DNA from: Deltaproteobacteria bacterium | GTDB lineage: Bacteria; Myxococcota_A; Polyangia; Fen-1088 | Direction: 5' to 3' | DNA: 64,000 bases | Assembly (NCBI GenBank): GCA_033763315.1 | Contig: JANRKS010000034.1 | Coordinates: 224,001-288,000, forward strand | Shown here: piece after piece, positions 29,914 through 38,510 of the stretch | Position numbering within the stretch: position 1 is the stretch's first letter | How the letters are laid out: each line of letters starts with the position of its first letter | The notes under the pieces: generated by a model | Database searches by the model: none | What the model was told of the DNA's origin: nothing | The model's input: the letters and a program-made list of their open reading frames with translations, nothing else | Program-made: the position numbers and the translations under genes

Positions 29914-30255
29914 CTAGTGGTGGGGCCGAGCTTCGAGCACTTGCTGAAGTTTTTGTGAAAGCGCGCTGTTCAACCGCTCAAGTTCGGCAAGTCGGCTCTC
30001 AAGCGCCTCGATCCGCGCTTCAGGTTCGATTAAGTGAATCGCCGGGTCGTGTAAAGAAATTCTAAGCTCTTTTTTCCATCGAAAGAGGAGCGTAACGGGA
30101 ATGTCGTAACGCCGGCCTATCTCTGAGATGCTCTTGTACTGCGCGAAGCCTTGAACGAGGATGTGTCTCTTTTGATCGTTCGTAAGACGCCGTCGTCGAC
30201 CAGGGATAAGCGGAGGGATGTTCACTTCGTCATTAGACAACGTCGAAAATCTCAT
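29914..30255 (-). CDS. Solo transposase OrfA-like HTH protein (IS3/IS66 TnpA-like HTH plus coiled coil)
   Basis: RRRRLTNDQKRHIL...SISEIGRRYDIPVTLLFRWKK, then the zipper RIEALESRLAELERLNSAL. AAGGAAG SD before ATG 30255. No DDE OrfB follows. Confidence 0.7.
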   Translation of the reverse strand: MRFSTLSNDEVNIPPLIPGRRRRLTNDQKRHILVQGFAQYKSISEIGRRYDIPVTLLFRWKKELRISLHDPAIHLIEPEARIEALESRLAELERLNSALSQKLQQVLEARPHH

Positions 30256-30319
30256 AAGTTCTTCCTTACACGACGCAGGCCACTCTTTCATGCTCTACGA
30301 CGTGCCTTGCATGAAAGCT

Positions 30320-30333
30320 GGGACCTTAGTCCC
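30320..30333. promoter_or_regulatory. DosR-type box with perfect inverted arms upstream of the HTH gene
   Basis: GGGAC-CTTA-GTCCC, 65 bp upstream of ATG 30255. Confidence 0.65.
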
Positions 30334-30394
30334 GCGTCGTCGAGGCCAATCAGCCATCTCGAGGTCCTTTAAAGGTGTGAGTTCGCGATGAGAT

Positions 30395-33271
30395 TCATGC
30401 ATGAAGCGGGATCCGTACGGTCAGGCGAGTGCCGCCTGCGGGCCCCGGCTGCAAGTCGAACGTGCCCCCCACAAGTTCGGCGCGCGCGCGCATGCCACCG
30501 ACACCTAACCCTCGCGGCGATCCCTCGCGGCTTGGACGGTTTCTGGGCAACCCAATGCCGTCATCTTGCACAATGAGCGTCACAACCGCGTCAAACTCAA
30601 GCGTGACCTCAACATGTGTTGCCTTTGCGTGCTTGATGACATTGGTCACGGCCTCTCGACATAAGTAGAAGATTTGCGTCGCAACGATGGCGGGTAAGAT
30701 GGCCGTTTGCCCTGATGTTGCAAAGCTGAGCTGAACGTCGCCTGCCTGCGTGATCCTTTGCAAGCGCTGTTGAATGTCTGATGAAAGGTCAGCCGCGTTT
30801 ACAGTGCCGGCGCGCAAACCCCAAATGGCGCTGCGCATGTCCGCCATGCCATCGATCACCAGATCTGCGGCCCGCGCTAGGTGTTCCCGTGCCTGGCCTG
30901 CATTCTTGTCCAACCATAAGCCGGCCGCATCGACGTGCATCTTCACGCCGGTAAGATCTTGTTCAATGCTGTCGTGAATGTCGTGCGCGATCCGCGTGCG
31001 GTCCCTCTGCAGAGCTCGTTGCAACCGCAGTTCGCGACGACGACGCGTAAGTATGCCGACGGCTCCCATTGCCACAAACGTCAGCGCCGCGGCAAGCACG
31101 AACCACTTGCGCAGGTATACAGGCGGCAGCAAGACGATGCTCGTTGCCGCCTGCACCTGCAGGTCAGGACGATCGACGTTATAGGCTGCAACCTCGAAGG
31201 TGTAGCTTCCCGCCCTCAGGCGGGAATACGCGGCGTCTGTGCGAAGGCCCTGCTCAAGCCATGTTTCGTTCCACCCCTTGAGTCGAGTCCGGTAGCGAAG
31301 GCGGGAGGCGTTCCACAACGTCGGTGCTCGGTACGACACAGATAAGGCGCCGTCACCGACAGCCATGGGGCGTTGAGTGTCGTTCTGCGCGACTCCATTG
31401 AGCGTCAATGTATCAATGTGCACAGATAAAGGGGGAGGGGCTTGCACCAGTGATGGCGGCCTTACGCCCGCGAGTCCGGAAAGCATCGAAAACCACAAGC
31501 GGCCTTGGGGGTCCTTGCTCGCGGGGGGAGAGAATTGGCGAGTCGCTTGAGAATTTCGCAGACCGTCGGTGGTCTGGTAGCTGATCGAAGTGACCGTGGC
31601 CGCCCATCCATCCAGAACCGATTCAGCCTGCGCCCGCGAGATGCGAAAGATGCCGTGCATGCTGCTGAACCACAGCCAGCCATCGCCATCCTCCAAAACC
31701 GCGTGCAGATGATCATCCCACAAACCTTGCTTTGTGGTGATGCGTTCCATGCGGCCTTGCTTGATGCGTATCAGTCCGGCCCCGTCCGATGCAGCCCAAA
31801 TGGTACCGGAGGCGTCTTCGTGCAGACTCAACGGGTGGGCTTGAGAAGGCAGCGTGAACGTCGAGACGCCGCCGCCCAGCAGCCTAATGATGGTTCCGTC
31901 GCTGCGGGCGGCCCACACGGCCCGATCGCGAGCCTGCAAAACGTCGAATACGAGATTCTTGGTGTTCTTGGTGCCTTGGTAGATCATGTCGAAGCGGTGG
32001 CCACTCTTTTGACCTACGCCTCCGTCTTGGAGTCCCATTAGAAGTGACCCGTCCACCGTCGTGCGCAGCACATGAATGCCAAAGTCGGCTGGTTGATTTT
32101 CAAGTTGTACGGGCGAGAAACGTTTGGCTTTCAGATCAAGCCTGACCAATCGGTTTATTAGGCCCGCCGCCCAGACGTCTCCGTCGGGGGTTATCGCGAC
32201 GGTTCGCAAATCGATGTGCTTGAGGCCGTTTGTCGCATCAAAATTGTACACCCGGCCTTCTCTGTAGCTGGTCAAGCCATAGCCTTGCGTAAACCACACG
32301 GTGCCGTCACTTGTGGTTGCTACCGAGAATGCAAAATCGCCATTGACGCCCTCCGCGCGCCCAAGATTGAACAAAGGCGGATCCAATCGAACCTGGGCGA
32401 GTCCTTGCACGGTTCCCGCCCATAGACCCTGTGCATCGCGCATCATCGACGTGACGATCGGGTAGGGCATCCCTTCTCTCATGGCTAGCTCGTGGGTTGC
32501 GTCGCCGCCGGAGAGTGGAAAAGCGCGAATGCCGTGATCCTGTGCTAGCCAAAGAAGCTGGTGGTCTTCGTCCACAAGGATGTGATAGGTGGCGATCGTC
32601 GGATCGCCGTAGCTTTGTGATGCAATCGTCCCATCGGGCGTGAATGAATATAAGCTGCTCGTCTTCGCGGGAGACGTAACGACGGCGAACGCGCCTCCCG
32701 TGGCTGACACCGCGACAAATCTGGTGGGCTCATTGAGGATGGTGCGTGCAACTCCGTCCCAGCGAATGAGACCTTGGTCAGTCGCCAGCCACACAATCTT
32801 GTTGTGTCTGGCAACCTGGTGGGCCGACGCCTTGAATAGCAAACGCGGGGAACTTGGCGGCGCCCATGCGAACGTTCCGTCTGCAGTGGCGATGAAGACG
32901 TCGTCTCCCTCTGCACCGACCAATGCCTTTGCACCAGGCATTGTGAAAGTTTGAACGGCGTGGGCCCGCACTTGGATTAGTGTGCCTTCCTCGCACAACG
33001 CGGATACGTAGCCGTTGGGGGCGGCAATGAGTTCTGTGCGGCAGTCGTGACGAAAGCACCACCAGTCAAAACCGTTGAAGCGGCACAATCCCATGTCGCC
33101 CGACGACCACAAAAACCCATCGCCGTCGATGGACGTAGCCACCACACCCGTTTGTTTCTCGTGCACCTTCACTTCACCCAGCAATGGCGCGTTGGCCAGC
33201 GCCGGCGGCGAAAGAAGCAATAGCGAACACACCAAACCTAATCCGACGCAGCCCAGCGCCTTCGCGTGCAT
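30395..33271 (-). CDS. Membrane sensor histidine kinase with periplasmic beta-propeller/Y_Y_Y domain and HisKA_3
   Basis: Signal peptide, two-component-propeller repeats (GLWAGT..GL, GTIWAASDGAGL), Y_Y_Y (YRTRLKG..W...YSRLRAGSYTFEV), TM, RIAHDIHD, EAVTNVIKHA, DDGIG. Confidence 0.92.
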   Translation of the reverse strand: MHAKALGCVGLGLVCSLLLLSPPALANAPLLGEVKVHEKQTGVVATSIDGDGFLWSSGDMGLCRFNGFDWWCFRHDCRTELIAAPNGYVSALCEEGTLIQVRAHAVQTFTMPGAKALVGAEGDDVFIATADGTFAWAPPSSPRLLFKASAHQVARHNKIVWLATDQGLIRWDGVARTILNEPTRFVAVSATGGAFAVVTSPAKTSSLYSFTPDGTIASQSYGDPTIATYHILVDEDHQLLWLAQDHGIRAFPLSGGDATHELAMREGMPYPIVTSMMRDAQGLWAGTVQGLAQVRLDPPLFNLGRAEGVNGDFAFSVATTSDGTVWFTQGYGLTSYREGRVYNFDATNGLKHIDLRTVAITPDGDVWAAGLINRLVRLDLKAKRFSPVQLENQPADFGIHVLRTTVDGSLLMGLQDGGVGQKSGHRFDMIYQGTKNTKNLVFDVLQARDRAVWAARSDGTIIRLLGGGVSTFTLPSQAHPLSLHEDASGTIWAASDGAGLIRIKQGRMERITTKQGLWDDHLHAVLEDGDGWLWFSSMHGIFRISRAQAESVLDGWAATVTSISYQTTDGLRNSQATRQFSPPASKDPQGRLWFSMLSGLAGVRPPSLVQAPPPLSVHIDTLTLNGVAQNDTQRPMAVGDGALSVSYRAPTLWNASRLRYRTRLKGWNETWLEQGLRTDAAYSRLRAGSYTFEVAAYNVDRPDLQVQAATSIVLLPPVYLRKWFVLAAALTFVAMGAVGILTRRRRELRLQRALQRDRTRIAHDIHDSIEQDLTGVKMHVDAAGLWLDKNAGQAREHLARAADLVIDGMADMRSAIWGLRAGTVNAADLSSDIQQRLQRITQAGDVQLSFATSGQTAILPAIVATQIFYLCREAVTNVIKHAKATHVEVTLEFDAVVTLIVQDDGIGLPRNRPSREGSPRGLGVGGMRARAELVGGTFDLQPGPAGGTRLTVRIPLHA

Positions 33272-33276
33272 GCGCC

Positions 33277-33942
33277 TTAGTCCTTGTGGCGCTGGGGAAG
33301 TTCGATGATGCCCCGTTGCAGGGCGATCGTCACGGCGTGCGTGCGATCGGTGGCGCCTAGCTTTACGAACACGTTCGACATGTGGTTCTTCACTGTCTTC
33401 TCAGCGAGGCCGAGCGAACTTGCGATGTGCGCGTTCGAGAGGCCCTCGGACACGCCTTCGAGCACCTCTATCTCCCTCGCCGTTAGGTCAGATGAAGAGG
33501 CGCGCGCGCCCAAGCTCGCCACGGCACCTGCTGACAAATACTTTCCGCCGCGCGCCACACATCGGATCGCTTCTAACAGCACCACAGCGGGCGCCGACTT
33601 AAGAACGTAACCTCGCGCTCCAGCCGCCAAGCACGTTTCGATCGCTTTGTCGCCGTCTGCGCTCGATAACATCAAGACGCGCACGTCTGGAAAGCGTTCG
33701 CCCAACACCTGCACCCCGCTCAGACCGTCCATCTGTGGCAGTCGTAGATCCATCAACACGATCTGCGGATGATGTTGACTCACTGCTTCGAGGCCTTCGC
33801 GCGCTGTGGCAGCCGTTGCCACAATTCTCATATCATCCTGCGATGAGATGATGGCCGACAAGCCATCGCGCACCACAGCGTGATCGTCGACTAGCAAAAC
33901 GCTTATGCCTTTATCGTTCGCGGAACTCTTGTCGTCACCCAT
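33277..33942 (-). CDS. NarL/LuxR-family response regulator with DosR-like recognition helix
   Basis: VDDH, LMDLRLP, GYVLK receiver; LTAREIEVL...LAEKTVKNHMSNVFVKLG HTH. Confidence 0.95.
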   Translation of the reverse strand: MGDDKSSANDKGISVLLVDDHAVVRDGLSAIISSQDDMRIVATAATAREGLEAVSQHHPQIVLMDLRLPQMDGLSGVQVLGERFPDVRVLMLSSADGDKAIETCLAAGARGYVLKSAPAVVLLEAIRCVARGGKYLSAGAVASLGARASSSDLTAREIEVLEGVSEGLSNAHIASSLGLAEKTVKNHMSNVFVKLGATDRTHAVTIALQRGIIELPQRHKD

Positions 33943-34024
33943 GGGACAGTCTCCTCACCTCTGCGGTTGCGTTCGCTTGACAGACACTCGGAATGTGAGC
34001 CGGAAAGTCTTGTCGTGCTCGTTT

Positions 34025-34045
34025 GGGGCCAAAGACCTATGTCCT
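34025..34045. promoter_or_regulatory. Overlapping DosR-type boxes between the divergent response regulator and lipoprotein operon
   Basis: GGGGC-CAAA-GACCT (34025-34038) and AAGAC-CTAT-GTCCT (34032-34045). Confidence 0.55.
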
Positions 34046-34156
34046 TTCTGTTGCGAGCGAAGCCATATAAAGGGAACTCCTCTGAGCCGCACGAACTGCA
34101 TGCCAATCAGGAATGCGCTTCGGTCACGGCAAGAATCTTAGCGAAAGAAGTGCCCA

Positions 34157-35116
34157 ATGCGCCACAACGTATACCTGATCTTATCTCTGCTGACCGCGAC
34201 GTTATGTATGGGGAACTGCTCCAGCAGCTCGTCAAGCGATGATGGTGCAGGTGGCGACGGCGGTGGGTCTGCAAGCGGAGGTAAAGGCGGCGGAGGCGGT
34301 GGCAAAGGTGGCTCGGGTGGCAAAGGTGGCTCGGCTGGCACTGCTGCAGGCGGTGCAGGTGGTTCGTCTTCCACTGGCGGCAGTGCAGCGGGCAGTGGCG
34401 GTATGGCTGCAGGCGGTACCGCAGGATCGTCGATGGGCGGTGCGGCTGGCTCGTCGCCGATGCAGGGTGGCAGTGCCGGCACGCCGCCTGCGATCAGCGG
34501 TGATGGAGTGTTCTTCTCAGGTCGTGAGATGACCGTGTCAAAGCTCGTGGCTGGCGATGCGATGCCAGGCTACTTCTACGCAAGCCCCAGCGCTCCCGCG
34601 GGCGTCGTGGTGGAGACTGTGAGCGACCCCGCGTTGCCCGAAGGAACGAAGTACGCCGTTACGGCCACTTTAGATCCCTCCTTGGAAGGCAATTTCATTT
34701 TCGGATGGAACTTTAGGCAAAACACAGCGGATTTAAAGTGGAACTATTTCGATGCCAGCGCCTATGCCGGCCTTTCATTTTGGGTCAAGAGCGAGACCAC
34801 CGCGGCGGCTTTGGTGTTCACGGGTTACTTTCAGTACGACGCAAGGAACTTCACGCCCGCGTCGGAATACGGCGGTACTTGCAGCACCGAACCGTGCGCG
34901 GCTTTCACCGAATACCCCGCCGTGGTGGCACGCAAAGCGACGTGGACTCGCGTCGTACAAAAGTTCTCGTATCAAACGGCTGGTGAACCAATGCTCTCCG
35001 CGCTTGGCCGGATCGATCTGCTTCAACTTCGATTGGGCACCGGTGGACCGGCTGCAAAGGTCTTCGTTACTGGTCTACAATTGCTGAAGGAAGCTGACCT
35101 TCCGCCGTCCCCATAA
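34157..35116 (+). CDS. Gly-linker lipoprotein with carbohydrate-binding (CBM11-like) jelly-roll domain
   Basis: LCMGN-C lipobox, about 90-aa G/S/A linker, FDASAYAGLSFWVKS, GGTC...C, WTRVVQKFS. Confidence 0.6.
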   Translation: MRHNVYLILSLLTATLCMGNCSSSSSSDDGAGGDGGGSASGGKGGGGGGKGGSGGKGGSAGTAAGGAGGSSSTGGSAAGSGGMAAGGTAGSSMGGAAGSSPMQGGSAGTPPAISGDGVFFSGREMTVSKLVAGDAMPGYFYASPSAPAGVVVETVSDPALPEGTKYAVTATLDPSLEGNFIFGWNFRQNTADLKWNYFDASAYAGLSFWVKSETTAAALVFTGYFQYDARNFTPASEYGGTCSTEPCAAFTEYPAVVARKATWTRVVQKFSYQTAGEPMLSALGRIDLLQLRLGTGGPAAKVFVTGLQLLKEADLPPSP

Positions 35117-35169
35117 GCCCAACGCGCTCGACCTGTTGGTTGTTGGTCCGTTAGCAAGAGGAGAAAGTA

Positions 35170-36219
35170 ATGCAGGCAGGGTGCGCTGTTTATGTCGCTG
35201 TTTGCTTTGCCTTTGTTGCCTGTTCCTCTGCACAGCAGAGCACAACGAACGGTGAGAATGAAGCCGGGTCTTCGCAAGCGGGCGCGGGTGGAGCGGGGCA
35301 AGGTGGTGAAGGCGACACCGCAGGCGCAGCAGGCCTACCGAACGATACAAACGGCGGGCGTGGTGGCTCTGCTGCCGGTGGTGCGCCCGCTGGTTCGGGC
35401 GGTGCCGCCGCTGGGGGCGGCGCTGCTGCAAATGCGGGCGGCACCGCAGGAAAGGCCGCCACCGGGGGCACTTCGGGTGCTCCCGGGAGCGACTGCGGTA
35501 AGCTTGCCGACTGCGACACTTTCGAAAGCTACACGCCTGGAAGCCGCCCTGGTGGCCCTTGGACCGGATTCGAGACAACCAACGGGAGCGTCACCGTCGA
35601 CGAAACACGCGCATTCAGGGGAAGCAAACGTTCCGTCAAGATCTCGATCAACCCCGCCGCCGAGATGACCGCTCGCATGCGGCATGCAGGCACTGGTCTG
35701 CTGCCCGCGGACGAGATCTTCATGCGTATGATGGTATGGATGGATGCCCCGCCGCGTGGTTCGGGCCACTGGAACTGGATGTGGGGCGAAGGCACCGTGA
35801 CTCAGAAGAGTGGCGGCAAATTGATTAATGCATTTATCGCGTCGGGCGGCAGTCTGAGCGGCGGCACCTGGATGCTCTACGGCGGATCTGCCAACAACGG
35901 GTTTCAAGATTGCTTCGCACAAGCCAGTACAGCCTTTCCTGTAGGGCGCTGGGTTTGTTACGAAGCGCACTTCAACGGAAAATCAAACTCAGCCGAAACG
36001 TGGATCGACGGAAAGCGAGACGAGCTGCTCAGCGTTGAGGATGCGCAACCATTAACGGGGCAGTGCGTGCCGGGATTCAACTACACAAACAACTTGTGGT
36101 ACATCCCGCGCATCGAGAAGGCGTTCTTCGGATTCAAGGTCTATCACACGCTCAACGCTTCAGCGACCGCCTGGATTGACGACGTTGCGATTTCCACCAC
36201 GCGCATCGGCTGCCCGTAA
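35170..36219 (+). CDS. Gly-linker lipoprotein with Cip1-like/lyase-like beta-sandwich domain
   Basis: FAFVA-C lipobox, G/A linker, CDTFES, VTVDETRAFRG..SVKI, FMRMMVWMD, PVGRWVCYE, WIDDVAISTTRIGC. AGGAG SD. Confidence 0.65.
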   Translation: MQAGCAVYVAVCFAFVACSSAQQSTTNGENEAGSSQAGAGGAGQGGEGDTAGAAGLPNDTNGGRGGSAAGGAPAGSGGAAAGGGAAANAGGTAGKAATGGTSGAPGSDCGKLADCDTFESYTPGSRPGGPWTGFETTNGSVTVDETRAFRGSKRSVKISINPAAEMTARMRHAGTGLLPADEIFMRMMVWMDAPPRGSGHWNWMWGEGTVTQKSGGKLINAFIASGGSLSGGTWMLYGGSANNGFQDCFAQASTAFPVGRWVCYEAHFNGKSNSAETWIDGKRDELLSVEDAQPLTGQCVPGFNYTNNLWYIPRIEKAFFGFKVYHTLNASATAWIDDVAISTTRIGCP

Positions 36220-36283
36220 AGTCAGATTCACGCGCTCGTAAGGCTTTGCGGTCAGTCAATCACGAGTACAATTTGAGGGCTGC

Positions 36284-37156
36284 ATGTCCCCCAATTCGCG
36301 TCCGAAGATCAAATGTCTGGCGGCGTTCATTCACTTTGGCCTGCTTTCATTCTTCATTGCGTGTTCAACAGGTGCCGGCAAAGGGAGAACGGCCGCTCGA
36401 AACGAGCTTGAGCAACCGACGGGTGGGATGTTGACAGGCGTTGTGCCCTGCTCACGGCCGCCAGGGTTCTGGCCGTTCGCAACGGACGGAGCCGTATCTC
36501 TTACGTATGATGACGCTTTGAAAAGTCCTGTGCGCCATGCGTTGCCCGCGCTTGATGCCCACGGCTTTAAGGCTACGTTCTTCCTGACGACCGGTAAGCG
36601 TTGGGAGCCAGCGCTTTGGAAACCCTTGGCGCGAAACGGGCACGAACTCGCCTCCCATTCCGTCACCCACAACTCGACCCTTACGCGAGCGGCGATGGAG
36701 CAAGAGGTTGTGACCAGCCTGGCATCCATTGCGGCCTTGGAGGCAACACAGCCTCACTTTAGCTTCGCGTATCCGAATGGGCAGCCAAACGGCGCAGATG
36801 GCTCTTACGAACCCGTCGTTCTGCGACACGCGCTGGCGGCCCGCGGGCTCAACGGCGCCTCTTTGGCGTTGGGGACGCCTGTTGATTACGGAAACATCCC
36901 CGCGCGCATCTTGGGCGCCAGCGATGATCTAGTGGCCATCATCCACGAGACGTTGGAGCGACACCAGTGGACCGTGTTTGTGGTGCATGGCATTGAGGAC
37001 GATCTCTATCTCAACATTCCGAAAAAGAAGCACGACGAGCTCGTGGCGCTGTTGGCGCGGAAGAATGTTTGGGTCGCTCCGTTTATCACTGTCGCGGACT
37101 ACTTAAAGAGATGCCAGGCGCGCGTCAGCGAAGTGGCGGGCGATGCATCTGGATGA
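36284..37156 (+). CDS. Polysaccharide deacetylase (CE4/NodB) lipoprotein
   Basis: FFIA-C lipobox; SLTYDDA, ATFFL, HELASHSVTH, FAYPNG, VVHG. Confidence 0.88.
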   Translation: MSPNSRPKIKCLAAFIHFGLLSFFIACSTGAGKGRTAARNELEQPTGGMLTGVVPCSRPPGFWPFATDGAVSLTYDDALKSPVRHALPALDAHGFKATFFLTTGKRWEPALWKPLARNGHELASHSVTHNSTLTRAAMEQEVVTSLASIAALEATQPHFSFAYPNGQPNGADGSYEPVVLRHALAARGLNGASLALGTPVDYGNIPARILGASDDLVAIIHETLERHQWTVFVVHGIEDDLYLNIPKKKHDELVALLARKNVWVAPFITVADYLKRCQARVSEVAGDASG

Positions 37157-37455
37157 ACTGTATCGCGGGTGCAGAATCCCCCGTGGCTGTAAGGCTAACG
37201 TCGATGACGTAATACCCCAACCTGTTCGCGACGCTCGGGATCTGAGCGTAACTCTCTCTTGTCCTCCGAGGCTCCACCATTGACAGTCACGTGATGTGTC
37301 TGTTGCATGATCTCGGTTGTTGTTCGTCGCCGCACCAACTGCATGATGGCGTCGTACTCGAGATAATTCCCAGCCGTGTAGCTGTGGTAGATCATGAGGT
37401 CCGGATACCAAGGATTTGGCATGGGGCCGATGGCGGCAAGAGCGACGAACGGCAT
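37125..37455 (-). pseudogene. Possible frameshifted gene remnant
   Basis: Protein-like frame MPFVALAAIGPMPNPWYPDLMIYHSY...EDKR continues in another frame (ESYAQIPSVANRLGYYVIDVSLTATGDSAPAIQFIQMHRPPLR*) across an AGAGAGAG tract at about 37252-37260. No family recognised. Confidence 0.3.
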
Positions 37456-37489
37456 TGAGTAAGGATAACTGAGTGCGTTCACGAAACGA

Positions 37490-37603
37490 AGGACCAAAGA
37501 CCTCGACGGCAAGGTGCCGAAAGGCCCATGTCGCCTAGGTCGTTCACGGGCCCACGAAACGTCGACCCGGGTCATGTGTCGACGGGCCTAGGCCTTGGGT
37601 CCC
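37490..37603. promoter_or_regulatory. Cluster of three DosR-type boxes upstream of the ECF sigma gene
   Basis: AGGAC-CAAA-GACCT (37490), GTGCC-GAAA-GGCCC (37514), AGGCC-TTGG-GTCCC (37590). Confidence 0.55.
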
Positions 37604-37717
37604 TATCGTTGAGCAAACGCGACGCCTAACATGTGTTGAAGGGCGCCTATGCGAACGCATTGGGGACCATGGAGGCATTCCGATGTCATCGCCCGACGTC
37701 ATAAACGTTGAGATGCC

Positions 37718-38431
37718 ATGATACGACCGCTCAATGCTCGTCGCTCGTCGCCATCCATTTGCAGTATGGAGATGGAGAAAGCGGCAGTGGCCACCAGACT
37801 TGATTTTCTCGTGCGCGCCGTGCGCGCCGGGGACTCCCGACGTTTCAGCGAAGTGGTTTCGCTGCTGCAAACGGGAGTGCGAAGCATTTTGGCGGTGATG
37901 ATCCCCGACACAAGCCTCGTCCCCGACCTTGCGCACGAAACCTTCGTTGTGGCCTACATGAAGCTAGACGAGTATCAAGAAGGCACTGACTTTCCGGCTT
38001 GGGTAAAGGCCATAGCCCGCAACCTTGCCAGCAATGAGCGGCGTCGGTGGATTCGGGAGCGGCGCTTTTCTTCACGCTACGCCACCGCCATCGAGAACGG
38101 CATCGTCGGCCCCATGTTCGATGAGCTGACAGAGAAACTAGAGCTTGAACAACAGACACAACTTTTGGCGTCGTTGAATGAGTGTTTAGCGGAGCTTTCG
38201 CCAGGGGCGAGGAAGACGGTCGAGCTGTTCTATTTGAAAGGCCAGTCCGTGGCCGATATCGCCGCCAGCAGCGGACGCTCAACAGGGGCCACCAAGTCCC
38301 AGTTGTTTCGCGCCCGTGCGGCTTTGGCCGAATGCTTAGCGGCGAAAGGATGGTTACGACTGGTCAAAAACGGACGGGTGCAAACCCCAAAGGTGGTTCA
38401 AGGTCGGAACGGGCACTTGAAGGTCTATTGA
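37718..38431 (+). CDS. ECF sigma-70 factor with no adjacent anti-sigma
   Basis: Region 2 DLAHETFVVAY...FPAWVKAIARN; region 4 LNECLAELS...SVADIA...ATKSQLFRAR. Start may be 37766. Confidence 0.9.
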   Translation: MIRPLNARRSSPSICSMEMEKAAVATRLDFLVRAVRAGDSRRFSEVVSLLQTGVRSILAVMIPDTSLVPDLAHETFVVAYMKLDEYQEGTDFPAWVKAIARNLASNERRRWIRERRFSSRYATAIENGIVGPMFDELTEKLELEQQTQLLASLNECLAELSPGARKTVELFYLKGQSVADIAASSGRSTGATKSQLFRARAALAECLAAKGWLRLVKNGRVQTPKVVQGRNGHLKVY

Positions 38432-38510
38432 TCAAGGCCTGCGAGGGTTCCCTATATGAAGAGAACCATCTTTGATTGTCTGAACAACACTATCGCCAGG
38501 TTGGGACATT

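Noticed and set aside
29850-30390. Intact IS element
   Set aside because: No DDE transposase, terminal inverted repeats or target duplication are visible; only an OrfA-like gene is present.
34240-34480. GGC/GGT-rich repeats as a DNA repeat array or CRISPR
   Set aside because: Degenerate codons of Gly/Ser/Ala linkers; no constant repeat-spacer structure. The same applies at 35270-35490, 58860-59080 and 63000-63160.
37195-37575. 126-aa ORF as an intact gene
   Set aside because: Its 5' part runs through the regulator boxes and has no SD; better treated as a possible remnant.
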